Of a stretch of 64,000 bases of DNA, positions 8,915-18,607 are shown piece after piece. The notes below the pieces were generated by a model. That model saw only the letters and a list, made by a program, of their open reading frames with translations, was not told the DNA's origin and ran no database searches. The DNA is from Bacillus subtilis subsp. subtilis str. 168 (lineage in GTDB: Bacteria; Bacillota; Bacilli; Bacillales; Bacillaceae), in NCBI RefSeq assembly GCF_000009045.1, contig NC_000964.3, forward strand, positions 2,728,001 through 2,792,000. Reading direction: 5' to 3'. Position numbers and translations under genes: made by a program. Every line of letters starts with the position of its first letter. Positions within the stretch are counted from its first letter, which is position 1.

Positions 8915-9958
8915 ATGAATGAATTTATGAAAAAGTTTTCTTTAACAAAACCGATTATTCAAGCTCCAATGGCTGGCGGTATTACAAAGCCCCGACTTGC
9001 ATCTGCAGTTTCGAATCAAGGTGCTCTTGGCAGCTTAGCATCGGGGTATCTTACGCCAGACCTCCTAGAACAACAAATAAAAGAAATATTTGAGCTGACA
9101 GACGCTCCTTTTCAAATTAATGTGTTTGTTCCGCTAGGTCTAGAGATGCCACCAAAAGATCAGATTAAAAAGTGGAAAGAAAACATACCGTTAGCTAATC
9201 AAGTAAATCAATTCACATCTGTACAAGAAGAGTGGGATGACTTCTATCAAAAAATTGATCTAATTTTAAAATACAAGGTTAAGGCTTGCTCATTCACTTT
9301 TGATCTGCCGCCTGAAGACGCAGTAAAGGAGCTAAAAACCGCTGGATGCTGTTTAATAGGAACCGCTTCAACAGTAGAAGAAGCATTGTTAATGGAAGAA
9401 CGGGGAATGGATATAGTAGTCCTTCAAGGAAGTGAAGCCGGTGGACATCGCGGAGCATTCTTACCTTCCAAAGGTGAATCTGCCGTAGGTTTAATGGCTC
9501 TGATTCCACAAGCAGCAGATGCACTGAGCGTACCTGTCATAGCTGCTGGGGGAATGATAGACCACAGAGGAGTAAAAGCAGCTTTAACCCTCGGAGCCCA
9601 AGGCGTTCAAATCGGTTCTGCCTTTTTAATTTGTCACGAGAGTAACGCACATCCAGTGCATAAACAGAAAATACTAGAAGCAAACGAAGCAGATACAAAG
9701 CTTACGACATTATTTTCAGGTAAAGAGGCCAGAGGAATCGTAAATAAATGGATGGAAGAAAATGAACAGTTTGAGACACAAACCCTTCCGTACCCTTATC
9801 AAAATACACTAACGAAGGCAATGAGACAGAAGGCTTCACTTCAAAATAACCATGATCAGATGTCTTTATGGGCAGGTCAAGGGATACGGTCATTGACTGA
9901 GGAAATTTCGGTTAAGCAGCTTTTAAATCAGCTTTGCCAAGAGGATATAAAAATATAG
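8915..9958 (+). CDS. yrpB: Nitronate monooxygenase / 2-nitropropane dioxygenase-family flavoprotein
   Basis: PIIQAPMAGG, QGSEAGGH and PVIAAGG motifs. Confidence 0.92.
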   Translation: MNEFMKKFSLTKPIIQAPMAGGITKPRLASAVSNQGALGSLASGYLTPDLLEQQIKEIFELTDAPFQINVFVPLGLEMPPKDQIKKWKENIPLANQVNQFTSVQEEWDDFYQKIDLILKYKVKACSFTFDLPPEDAVKELKTAGCCLIGTASTVEEALLMEERGMDIVVLQGSEAGGHRGAFLPSKGESAVGLMALIPQAADALSVPVIAAGGMIDHRGVKAALTLGAQGVQIGSAFLICHESNAHPVHKQKILEANEADTKLTTLFSGKEARGIVNKWMEENEQFETQTLPYPYQNTLTKAMRQKASLQNNHDQMSLWAGQGIRSLTEEISVKQLLNQLCQEDIKI

Positions 9959-9978
9959 GCGCACCTCATTGATAGAGC

Positions 9979-10015
9979 AAAAAGCAAACTTTGACAGGCA
10001 GTTTGCTTTTTTTTT
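9979..10015 (+). terminator. Intrinsic terminator of yrpB
   Basis: AAAAAGCAAACT/AGTTTGCTTTT stem plus T-run. Confidence 0.75.
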
Positions 10016-10307
10016 CGTAATTTCATCCACTGACTCTGGAAATCTAAATACTCCTACATTTTCAAAGCTAATTTGAATCGGGTTATCAATCATCACATTG
10101 ATACGATGCGATCTTGATAATTTCACCACAACCACAATACATTACCAACATTTCGATCTTATCTCCCCTTCTCAAGTTTTGCTCCCTATTCGAATAATCG
10201 ATAGCTCCCATATTAAATTTGAATAGTAAAATGGTTCTTTTTCGTTTGATTCAGATGATATAAAGTCATATGATAAAAAAAGAATGAGACAGAAAGCGTG
10301 AGAAGTG

Positions 10308-11105
10308 ATGAAAATAGGATTTTTTGATTCAGGAATTGGTGGCATGACTGTATTGTATGAGGCCATAAAAGTTCTTCCTTATGAAGATTACATTTTTTAT
10401 GCAGATACGTTAAACGTTCCATACGGTGAAAAATCAAAGGGTAAAGTTAAAGAATATATTTTCAATGCAGCTGAATTTCTGGCCAGTCAAAATATCAAAG
10501 CTCTTGTTATTGCGTGTAATACAGCTACTAGCATTGCGATAGAGGATCTTCGGAGAAACTTCGACTTTCCGATAATCGGAATCGAACCCGCTGTAAAGCC
10601 TGCTATAAATAAATGTACAGAGGAAAGAAAAAGAGTTCTGGTAGTTGCTACTAATTTGACGCTTAAAGAAGAGAAATTTCATAATCTAGTTAAAGAAATT
10701 GATCACCATGACCTTGTTGATTGCTTAGCTCTTCCAGGACTAGTTGAATTTGCTGAGAACTTTGATTTTAGTGAAGACAAAATCATTAAATATCTAAAGA
10801 ACGAACTATCTTCTTTTGATCTGAAACAATATGGAACGATTGTGTTAGGATGCACTCATTTTCCGTTTTTCAAAAACAGTTTTGAAAAACTGTTTGGGAT
10901 AAAAGTTGATATGATTTCAGGCAGTGTCGGTACTGCAAAACAGTTGAAAAAAGTTCTTGCAGATCGTAACCAGCTTGGTAAAGGATCGGGCTCAATCACC
11001 TTTTTCAATTCTGGCCATAAAATTGTGGACCAAGAAGTCATATCAAAGTACAAAAGATTGTTTGAAATATTAGATGAAACTCAAAGGAGTCATGTTGGAC
11101 ATTGA
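10308..11105 (+). CDS. yrpC: Glutamate racemase (second copy, MurI paralogue)
   Basis: FDSGIGG, IACNTA and LGCTHF two-cysteine catalytic motifs. Confidence 0.95.
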   Translation: MKIGFFDSGIGGMTVLYEAIKVLPYEDYIFYADTLNVPYGEKSKGKVKEYIFNAAEFLASQNIKALVIACNTATSIAIEDLRRNFDFPIIGIEPAVKPAINKCTEERKRVLVVATNLTLKEEKFHNLVKEIDHHDLVDCLALPGLVEFAENFDFSEDKIIKYLKNELSSFDLKQYGTIVLGCTHFPFFKNSFEKLFGIKVDMISGSVGTAKQLKKVLADRNQLGKGSGSITFFNSGHKIVDQEVISKYKRLFEILDETQRSHVGH

Positions 11106-11150
11106 ATGTAAATGAAAAAGACAATCTCCTGAAGAGAAACATGAACTAAG

Positions 11151-11178
11151 AAGCGGGCTTAAAAAGCCCACTTTTTTT
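11151..11178 (+). terminator. Intrinsic terminator of yrpC
   Basis: GGGCTT-AAA-AAGCCC plus T7. Confidence 0.7.
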
Positions 11179-11482
11179 CTAACAAACAATTGAGTTATAC
11201 ACACATATCTGATTACAGTGTTTTCTCTCTTTCCCCTCTTATTTCTCCCCCCTCTCTATAGCTTTTCTATTTCAATAAAACACAAGTCTCGATTGAAAAG
11301 TTATCGTAACATTTACACTTCACAGGAGATTTTTCACGATTGCGAATCGACCGTTTGCCAGATGCACAAAGTCATAATGTGTAAATTCTGTATCTATGTG
11401 CATGTTTATTATGGAATTATTTTCATAATGTTTTATAATACAAGATGATAGCGTTTTCTAATTATAATGATAGGGGGAAATA

Positions 11483-12193
11483 ATGATGATGAAAAAAGGT
11501 CTGCTTGCGGGTGCGCTTACGGCAACCGTGCTTTTTGGCACATGTGCAGTAGATGTACCGGGTATTATTAGTCCAAAAACCGCAGAAGCTGCATCACAGC
11601 TAACTGATGGAATCGGCGGGAGGGCTTACTTGAACAGTAATGGTGCCATTCTTGTTACGAAAATCCAGCTTCCTAGCTCCACTCAGGTTTCAAATGGGAC
11701 AGCCTACATCTACTCTGGTTTTAGCGGAGGCACAGAATCCGATATCGGGTTTCAGTACAGTGATAAATATAATGTATGGAAACCATATATGAAAGTCGGT
11801 TCAAAAGGACAGGATCAGGTTCAGTACCTCGAAGGAGGAAGCCAATTCACGAATACGAAAGGCTTCCGTCCCGGCAGCACCGTACAACTTACCATCTACA
11901 AAAACCTTAACGGCAATACCCGCGCTACATACTGGGGCACGAACAATGCCGGATACAACGGCCGTCTCATTTCAGAAATCAGCAAAACAAATGTCGGCTC
12001 CATCTCAAAATGGAAAGCGCTCGCTACAGTTGCAACAACAGGGTCACGCCAATCTATCAAATCAAACTTTTCAACATCTTTTACAAACATCACCATCGAC
12101 AACAAAGCAATAACACCTGTAATTGATACACAAGACTTCGCTAAAGTAACAGTCTCAGGCAACAGTGTCAGTTTATCCGTTGTCAAAAATTAA
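11483..12193 (+). CDS. yrpD: Secreted beta-rich protein of unknown function (YrpD/YncM family)
   Basis: N-terminal [18 protein letters not shown] signal-like segment ending AEA; mature part rich in G/S/T/N. Confidence 0.85.
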   Translation: MMMKKGLLAGALTATVLFGTCAVDVPGIISPKTAEAASQLTDGIGGRAYLNSNGAILVTKIQLPSSTQVSNGTAYIYSGFSGGTESDIGFQYSDKYNVWKPYMKVGSKGQDQVQYLEGGSQFTNTKGFRPGSTVQLTIYKNLNGNTRATYWGTNNAGYNGRLISEISKTNVGSISKWKALATVATTGSRQSIKSNFSTSFTNITIDNKAITPVIDTQDFAKVTVSGNSVSLSVVKN

Positions 12194-12768
12194 AACATGT
12201 TAAACATACAATGCGTTAGGCTATTGAGAAGCTCTCGATAGTCTTAAAGGGGGCTTAACATGCCCCTTTTTTCATTTCAATTTAACTTTCAGTTAGCTTC
12301 GGTACATGCCGTCTATCCCCGTCTTTTATCTGGGTGAAGTAAGGGCAGCTCGCCCCTTCTGAACCTGTTCCATTTGCTCAACGCAAAAGGTGTGCATCAC
12401 TGTCTTAAAAATGTTAAAACAAATAGCAGATGGTGCACTTTATTTTTAGATGAGGCATGCTTACGCTCGATATGCAAGTCAAATGATTAAGGGTCTGCAA
12501 GAGAGAGAAGTTTTGGGTGTACTTTCATAAAAGAGGGATGGCTTCATATAGCTCGATTGCATCAGGAAGATTAGCCAACGATTGGCCGAGAACAACACAT
12601 CACTTTGAAACGGATTCATTCCAAAATCATAAGTATGATCCAATAACTAATAAAGATCAGTTAGCAGTCCAGCCTTAAAAATATTTTTACATCAATTAAA
12701 CTAGCATCACTATCGAATAAGCTCGATCTGCATATCATGTACTATCCTCTTTTAAGGAAGGTGATGTT

Positions 12769-12846
12769 ATGAGGTCATTTCCATTAATCGTAGTTCTATT
12801 CATCCTATTAATCATCGTTGGGACATCTTTCTTTGGTGGCTATTAA
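12769..12846 (+). CDS. 25-aa YjcZ/SscA-family sporulation membrane peptide
   Basis: SD AAGGAAGGTGA; MRSFPLIVVLFILLIIVGTSFFGGY* carries the family motif F.LIVVLFILLIIVG; own terminator follows. Confidence 0.85.
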   Translation: MRSFPLIVVLFILLIIVGTSFFGGY

Positions 12847-12870
12847 GAACACACCTTACCTCATATCCAT

Positions 12871-12907
12871 CAGACGCCATAAGAAATCTTTATGGCGTCT
12901 GTTTTTT
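12871..12907 (+). terminator. Terminator after the YjcZ-family mini-gene
   Basis: CAGACGCCATAA/TTATGGCGTCTG stem plus T-run. Confidence 0.8.
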
Positions 12908-13076
12908 ATTAGATTTAAACAAAACCATTAAAGTGGGCCATGCAAACACACCTATGGAGATTACTGCCACGACTTCTTTGTGAGGGAATTATTCTTCCCT
13001 TTATGGACTATTGTCGATCAAAAGAGAAAGTTGAAATGCATTTTTATGGTGAGATGAATCGAGGCTTAGACATATA

Positions 13077-13116
13077 AAAAACCGCAAAGCTTTCTTGAAG
13101 AAGCTTTGCGGTTTTT
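13077..13116. terminator. Bidirectional terminator-like hairpin
   Basis: AAAAACCGCAAAGCTT/AAGCTTTGCGGTTTTT. Confidence 0.7.
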
Positions 13117-13356
13117 GGGTCTCTTCTTTGCTTCATATAAGCCAATAGATTTCAAGCGTAATCCACTGCCATACATCCAATGATTTTTTATTTTGAAATA
13201 GGTTTCTTCTACTCTTCATGTGAGATGACTCAAGGTATGCCACGTCACAATAATATGGCGGATACTGAATGGTCTCAATCAGTTTTTTCCCCATTCTATC
13301 AATTCTCCACAGAAAAAATGGCTATGGCAGAACAACTTTCATAGAGTAATCATCAT

Positions 13357-14112
13357 TTAATGAGCCATCATCTCATGGGCAATATCGTGTCCATCCATTT
13401 TTGACGGGTAGTAAGTAGGCCAGTTTTTGACTTCATCAAGTAAAGCTTCACGGTCGTCCCCCCAATAGAGATGGTAATGACTAGCTTTAGTCGGGTAAAT
13501 ACTATGATCACTAAACTGAATATACTGAGGCAGCCCTTCTGCTTTTTTAGCTAGTTTGAATATGTATCTTACCCCTCTATTGCCCGCATCATAGGTTAGA
13601 ATTTCGTATCCGTCATACGTATACTTACCAGAATATTCTTTTCCATTTTTGAAGAACGTTACAGTATCTTTCTGGATTACAATACGGTCAACATCTGTTT
13701 GATAGCCTTTTTTATAATACTCTTTATATTCTTCAGCTGTCTTGCCGCCTTCGTGTTCTGATTTATATGAAAACACTTCGTCAAGAGTACCATCTTGCAG
13801 GTATGGATATACAGATTGCCAATCTCCTTCCCAATCAGAAAGTAAGCGATCCTTTACTTGGCTGTTTTTAAAATAGCCTTCATATATTTTTTCTGTTTCT
13901 TCATCATGCGCATGACTATGATCGTGAGAATGTTCGTGTGTATGACTGTCAGATGTTTGCTCTTGCGTTTTGGAAGAGTCTTCTTCAACTGCTGAGGATG
14001 ATGTTGTTTGATTAGACTCACCTGCAGAAGAACCGGAAGTCTGACATCCTGCCAAAACTAGTAATGAACCAATCGTTAATATGCCTAGCCGTTTTGAAAA
14101 TAAAATGTTCAT
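13357..14112 (-). CDS. yrpE: ZinT/AdcA-C-type zinc-binding lipoprotein
   Basis: Lipobox LAGC, His-rich HTHEHSHDHSHAH segment, ZinT motifs LSDWEGDWQSVYPYL, QFSDH and NWPTYYP. Confidence 0.92.
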   Translation of the reverse strand: MNILFSKRLGILTIGSLLVLAGCQTSGSSAGESNQTTSSSAVEEDSSKTQEQTSDSHTHEHSHDHSHAHDEETEKIYEGYFKNSQVKDRLLSDWEGDWQSVYPYLQDGTLDEVFSYKSEHEGGKTAEEYKEYYKKGYQTDVDRIVIQKDTVTFFKNGKEYSGKYTYDGYEILTYDAGNRGVRYIFKLAKKAEGLPQYIQFSDHSIYPTKASHYHLYWGDDREALLDEVKNWPTYYPSKMDGHDIAHEMMAH

Positions 14113-14132
14113 TCCAACACTCCTTTTTTATT

Positions 14133-14153
14133 AAATCGAAAACATTACGATTT
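14133..14153. promoter_or_regulatory. Zur box just downstream of the yrpE sigmaA -10 element
   Basis: AAATCGAAAACATTACGATTT vs consensus AAATCGTAATNATTACGATTT (2 mismatches); minus-strand TTGATG-17-TATAAT at 14182-14154. Confidence 0.85.
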
Positions 14154-14243
14154 ATTATACATACATCTCTTGCAAACATCAAAGGAAAAATGCTCTTCAT
14201 GCGGATGGCCTATTTTAAAGGAATAACTGACTATGTTCATCAG

Positions 14244-14774
14244 TTATTCCTTTAAAATACGAAAGTCTACGATATTTCCATATCGATCCGCTTCAATGTG
14301 ACAGCACCCCTCAAGCAGCTGTTTTAATTTTCCACGTCCGCGTTGTACCCTTGATTTTGCTCCGGAGTAAGAAATGCCGAGCTTTTCACTCAACTCTTTT
14401 TGTGATAACCCCTGGAAATCAGTTAACTCGAGCGCCTCTCGATACTTTTCAGGCAACCGTTTGATGGTCGATCGAATACACACAGTTGCTTCCTTGGTGA
14501 AATTTTCTTCCTCTGCACTGTCATTAAAATGTAGAACATCAGGCAATATTTCGCTTGTTTTTTTTGTACGGTAAAAATCAATAATCGTATTTCTAGTGAT
14601 CCGATAAATCCAGCTGTCGATCTTTTGTTCATCGATCAGATTTGGGAGATGCACTTGTATTTTCATAAATACGATTTGCAAGAGGTCATCAACGATAGAT
14701 TGATCGTTAACCCTATGTGAAATATATGTTTTTAACGGCTGATGAAATTGATCCCATAGATCCTCTATATTCAT
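14244..14774 (-). CDS. sigZ: ECF sigma factor SigZ
   Basis: Region 2 (DDLLQIVFMK...WIYRITRN) and region 4 (LPEKYREAL...KSRVQRGR); C-terminal CCHIEADRYGN tail. Confidence 0.93.
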   Translation of the reverse strand: MNIEDLWDQFHQPLKTYISHRVNDQSIVDDLLQIVFMKIQVHLPNLIDEQKIDSWIYRITRNTIIDFYRTKKTSEILPDVLHFNDSAEEENFTKEATVCIRSTIKRLPEKYREALELTDFQGLSQKELSEKLGISYSGAKSRVQRGRGKLKQLLEGCCHIEADRYGNIVDFRILKE

Positions 14775-14908
14775 TTGAAAAAACCTCCTATAATTTTGCG
14801 TCTGCTTTACATTTGCTTCGTCTTTTTAATCGTAACAAAGAGCAAACAATTGTTGAATCAATTGTATTGCAGCTGTTGCCAAAAATAATGATAAAGGAGA
14901 GGTTTGTT

Positions 14909-15889
14909 GTGGAGTATACCTATTTAGGGAGAACAGGATTGCGGGTGAGCCGTTTATGTTTAGGCACGATGAATTTTGGAGTTGATACAGACGAAAAGAC
15001 TGCGTTCCGTATCATGGATGAAGCACTTGATAACGGCATTCAATTTTTTGATACTGCCAATATTTACGGCTGGGGCAAAAACGCAGGATTGACAGAGAGC
15101 ATCATTGGAAAATGGTTTGCACAAGGAGGACAGCGCCGCGAGAAAGTTGTTCTGGCGACAAAAGTATATGAACCGATTTCTGATCCGAATGACGGACCAA
15201 ATGATATGAGGGGCTTGTCTCTATACAAAATCAGACGTCATCTGGAAGGATCACTGAAGCGGCTTCAGACAGATCATATCGAATTGTACCAAATGCATCA
15301 TATCGATAGGCGGACACCGTGGGATGAGATATGGGAAGCTTTTGAGACTCAGGTTCGCTCCGGCAAAGTAGACTATATTGGATCCAGTAATTTTGCAGGC
15401 TGGCATTTAGTTAAAGCGCAAGCTGAAGCTGAAAAACGGCGATTCATGGGACTCGTCACTGAACAGCATAAGTATAGTTTATTAGAACGAACAGCTGAAA
15501 TGGAAGTGCTGCCGGCTGCACGGGATCTTGGTTTAGGAGTAGTGGCGTGGAGTCCCCTTGCAGGAGGGCTTCTTGGCGGGAAGGCATTGAAAAGCAATGC
15601 CGGAACTCGTACAGCAAAAAGAGCAGATTTAATTGAAAAACATCGTTTGCAACTCGAGAAATTTTCAGATTTATGCAAAGAACTAGGAGAAAAAGAAGCA
15701 AATGTGGCTTTGGCATGGGTGCTGGCAAATCCAGTTTTAACTGCGCCGATCATCGGACCACGAACGGTTGAGCAGCTGCGTGATACGATAAAAGCCGTTG
15801 AAATCAGTCTGGATAAGGAGATTCTCCGCATGTTAAATGATATCTTTCCCGGACCTGGAGGAGAGACACCTGAGGCATACGCCTGGTGA
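14909..15889 (+). CDS. yrpG: Aldo-keto reductase
   Basis: GTG at 14909 with AAGGAGAGG SD; LGTMNFG, DTANIYG, LATK and LYQMH motifs. Confidence 0.92.
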   Translation: MEYTYLGRTGLRVSRLCLGTMNFGVDTDEKTAFRIMDEALDNGIQFFDTANIYGWGKNAGLTESIIGKWFAQGGQRREKVVLATKVYEPISDPNDGPNDMRGLSLYKIRRHLEGSLKRLQTDHIELYQMHHIDRRTPWDEIWEAFETQVRSGKVDYIGSSNFAGWHLVKAQAEAEKRRFMGLVTEQHKYSLLERTAEMEVLPAARDLGLGVVAWSPLAGGLLGGKALKSNAGTRTAKRADLIEKHRLQLEKFSDLCKELGEKEANVALAWVLANPVLTAPIIGPRTVEQLRDTIKAVEISLDKEILRMLNDIFPGPGGETPEAYAW

Positions 15890-16162
15890 TACATTCATTA
15901 CTCAATACTGACATTTTTCTTAAATATTTATACTGAACTATCATATTAAGAAAGACAAGAGCATGTTTGTCTCTTGTCTTTTCCACATCGTGCTGAAAAT
16001 GCTGGCTAAACATCGACAAAAATGCTGCCGCTTAAAAAAGAACCCTAAACAATAGAGTAACTGGAAAGACAACTGGCTTGATCAGCTTGGGACCCCTTTC
16101 AGCTGTATTTAAATCAATCAAACTAATGATTCATTGGCAGTCTAAATATTATTATTGTTTCT

Positions 16163-17479
16163 TTACAAAATAGTAATAGCCCCTGTAATGATTGCTAACA
16201 ACGTAATAACTAATGATGTAATTACAGCCCACTTAACGGCAAACCTTTGAAATGACCCCAAGTCCATTTTAAGCATGCTTACTAGCAATACTGTTGACGC
16301 AACCAATGGACTCATCAGATGAACCGGCTGCCCCATTATAGAAGCCCTTGCAATTTCTACTGGTTCTATACCATATGCTGAGGCAGCTTCTGCAAAGATA
16401 GGTACCATACCAAAGTAATATGCATCATTTGATAAAACAAAAGTAAACGGAATACTAGTGAGTGCTACAATAACGGGGAAAAACCCTCCCATTGATGAGG
16501 GGATGATGGATATTAATGATCCTGCTATGGCATCCACCATCTTTGTCCCGGATAATATACCAGCAAATACTCCTGCTGAAAATACCAATAATACCACGGT
16601 TATGGCATTACCAGAATGCTCGGCGATTCGCTCCTTCTGCATTTTTACATTCGGATAATTTATAGTAAGGGCAAGAACAAAACCAATTAAAAATAAAACT
16701 GACGGATGCTTAGTTCCAAGCACAATAAACACCATGATACTTATAACGAGGAATAAATTAAGATATATTAAGCGTGGCCTTTTCAATTGTTCGCTCTCCA
16801 AAGTAGCAGCCATATAAGATTGAGAGCTGTCCTTTGTTATATGTCTAGGCTCTAATTGAACGATGCCTATTCGATTCCTCTCTTTCCTTCCCATTAGAAA
16901 AGCCAGAAATATCACACAAGCAATACCTCCAAGCATGGTCGGAAGTAATGGCACAAAGAAATCTGAAGGATCCAAACCCAGCACTGAAATCGCTCTTGTA
17001 GCTGGTCCGCCCCATGGAGTCATTCCGCTAACGATACTCAACGACAGCATTGCTAATGTCGCCATAACCATGGGATTCATACCAATTCTTTTATACAAAG
17101 GTAACATTGCTGAGACTGTTATCATATAGGTTGTTGTACCGTCCCCATCTAAAGCGATAAGCATTGCCAAGACGGCAGACCCTATCGCTATTTTCACAGG
17201 GTCTCCCTTTACTATAGATAAAATTTTTTCTATTAGCGGATCAAATAAACCTGCATCAATTAAAATTCCGAAAAAAAGAATAGCAAACAATAGCAATGCC
17301 GCTGAACTTGCAACTGTTTGAATTCCTTCTAAAATCATGTCGCCAATACCCTTACCAAAACCTCCAATAAGAGCAAAAACAATGGGAGTGATGGTCAAGG
17401 CAACAATAGGCGAGACTTTCTTTGTCATTATTAATATTGTAAAAACAGTTACCATCGAAAAACCTAAAATAGTAAGCAT
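16163..17479 (-). CDS. yraO: CitMHS-family citrate/tricarboxylate:H+ symporter
   Basis: ATG at 17479 with GGAGGTG SD; LDGDGTTT and PWGGP motifs; many TM segments. Confidence 0.9.
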   Translation of the reverse strand: MLTILGFSMVTVFTILIMTKKVSPIVALTITPIVFALIGGFGKGIGDMILEGIQTVASSAALLLFAILFFGILIDAGLFDPLIEKILSIVKGDPVKIAIGSAVLAMLIALDGDGTTTYMITVSAMLPLYKRIGMNPMVMATLAMLSLSIVSGMTPWGGPATRAISVLGLDPSDFFVPLLPTMLGGIACVIFLAFLMGRKERNRIGIVQLEPRHITKDSSQSYMAATLESEQLKRPRLIYLNLFLVISIMVFIVLGTKHPSVLFLIGFVLALTINYPNVKMQKERIAEHSGNAITVVLLVFSAGVFAGILSGTKMVDAIAGSLISIIPSSMGGFFPVIVALTSIPFTFVLSNDAYYFGMVPIFAEAASAYGIEPVEIARASIMGQPVHLMSPLVASTVLLVSMLKMDLGSFQRFAVKWAVITSLVITLLAIITGAITIL

Positions 17480-17593
17480 ATTACACCTCCAAGAATGCGC
17501 TTTCAAATGACTTTTGATTAACATATCTTATACGGTGTAATAAGTTAAATAAATATTTTTTTACTGTGTTTCAAAAAAAATTCTATCATAACT

Positions 17594-18463
17594 TTAAATG
17601 GTTACCATTTGTTCACCCTTTAAAAAATCAATGAATGCTTTAACGAGTTTGATTCCTAATGATTTTTGATCGTACATTAGCCAAGTATCTCTCATTAGAG
17701 GCTTACCCTTAGCATTATACAGTTCCATTGTGTACAAATGATCAGATTCCTGCAGGCAAATTTCTGGTGCTATGGAGTAACCAAGACCATGCTTTACCAT
17801 CTCTTTGCAAGTCTCTTGTCGATCCACTTCCATTGCAATAATGGGGGCTTGTTTTAGATTCGTATGCATCCAATCTTCTATAATCGTTTTTAAAGAAGCA
17901 TCCGTTTTATATTTGATAAAAGGTAAAAAAGGAAGTTGCTCTATCGTTATTGGTTTTTTTGAGATGATATGTAATTTTTCCCGTGTCAGCCGTTCCTCCA
18001 CCCCTTTCCAGCGATGGCTTCCTCTCAGTATACCGACTTGTACAATACCAGCATCTAATAATTTCATGACATCTGTGCTCCAGCCTGTTTGTACACTATA
18101 TTGGACATTAGGATACATAGTGGAAAATTCCCTTAATAACTTAGGGAGCTTATATTGAGCGAAATTGCTTGATACCCCCAGCCTTAGATGTCCTTGCACC
18201 TCTTTGCTTAGATTAGAGATATGATCTTTGGTATCTTGAAGTTCCTGTAGCATTCTTCTTGCATAAGCAACCAAGTGTTCTCCTTCCGCAGTAAAGGTAA
18301 TTCCTTTATGCCTTTTGGTGAATAATTCAATTCCGAAAATCTCCTCAATCTTTTTCAACCGATAAGTGATGGAAGGCTGTGATGTAAATAATCGTTCTGC
18401 TGTTTTTGTTACACTTTGTTCTTCGTGAAGAATTTTCAATAAAATCCAATCTTTCTCATCCAT
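17594..18463 (-). CDS. yraN: LysR-family transcriptional regulator
   Basis: SVTKTAERLFTSQPSITYRLKKIE HTH plus LysR substrate domain. Confidence 0.93.
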   Translation of the reverse strand: MDEKDWILLKILHEEQSVTKTAERLFTSQPSITYRLKKIEEIFGIELFTKRHKGITFTAEGEHLVAYARRMLQELQDTKDHISNLSKEVQGHLRLGVSSNFAQYKLPKLLREFSTMYPNVQYSVQTGWSTDVMKLLDAGIVQVGILRGSHRWKGVEERLTREKLHIISKKPITIEQLPFLPFIKYKTDASLKTIIEDWMHTNLKQAPIIAMEVDRQETCKEMVKHGLGYSIAPEICLQESDHLYTMELYNAKGKPLMRDTWLMYDQKSLGIKLVKAFIDFLKGEQMVTI

Positions 18464-18607
18464 TTTCATCTTCCTTTCTAGTCCTTCTTTCACAATTATA
18501 AAAGTTTTTTTATCGAATATTAAGAAAACTTATATTTTATTTTTATTTTTTTACCTTCTACACTAAAAAACATAAAAAATACTACCTTTAAGATGAGGAT
18601 GATGACG

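Noticed and set aside
12940-13077. 45-aa ORF ending at a strong terminator
   Set aside because: No SD and no recognisable motif; may be a 3' remnant but I cannot support a call
14717-14908. 64-aa N-terminal extension of the aldo-keto reductase ORF in the track
   Set aside because: It overlaps the sigZ start on the other strand; the GTG at 14909 has a strong SD and gives a normal AKR N-terminus
15373-15894. 173-aa antisense ORF within yrpG (similar long shadows at 56148-56588, 30401-30832 and 51925-52338)
   Set aside because: Antisense frames of real genes with no SD or motifs
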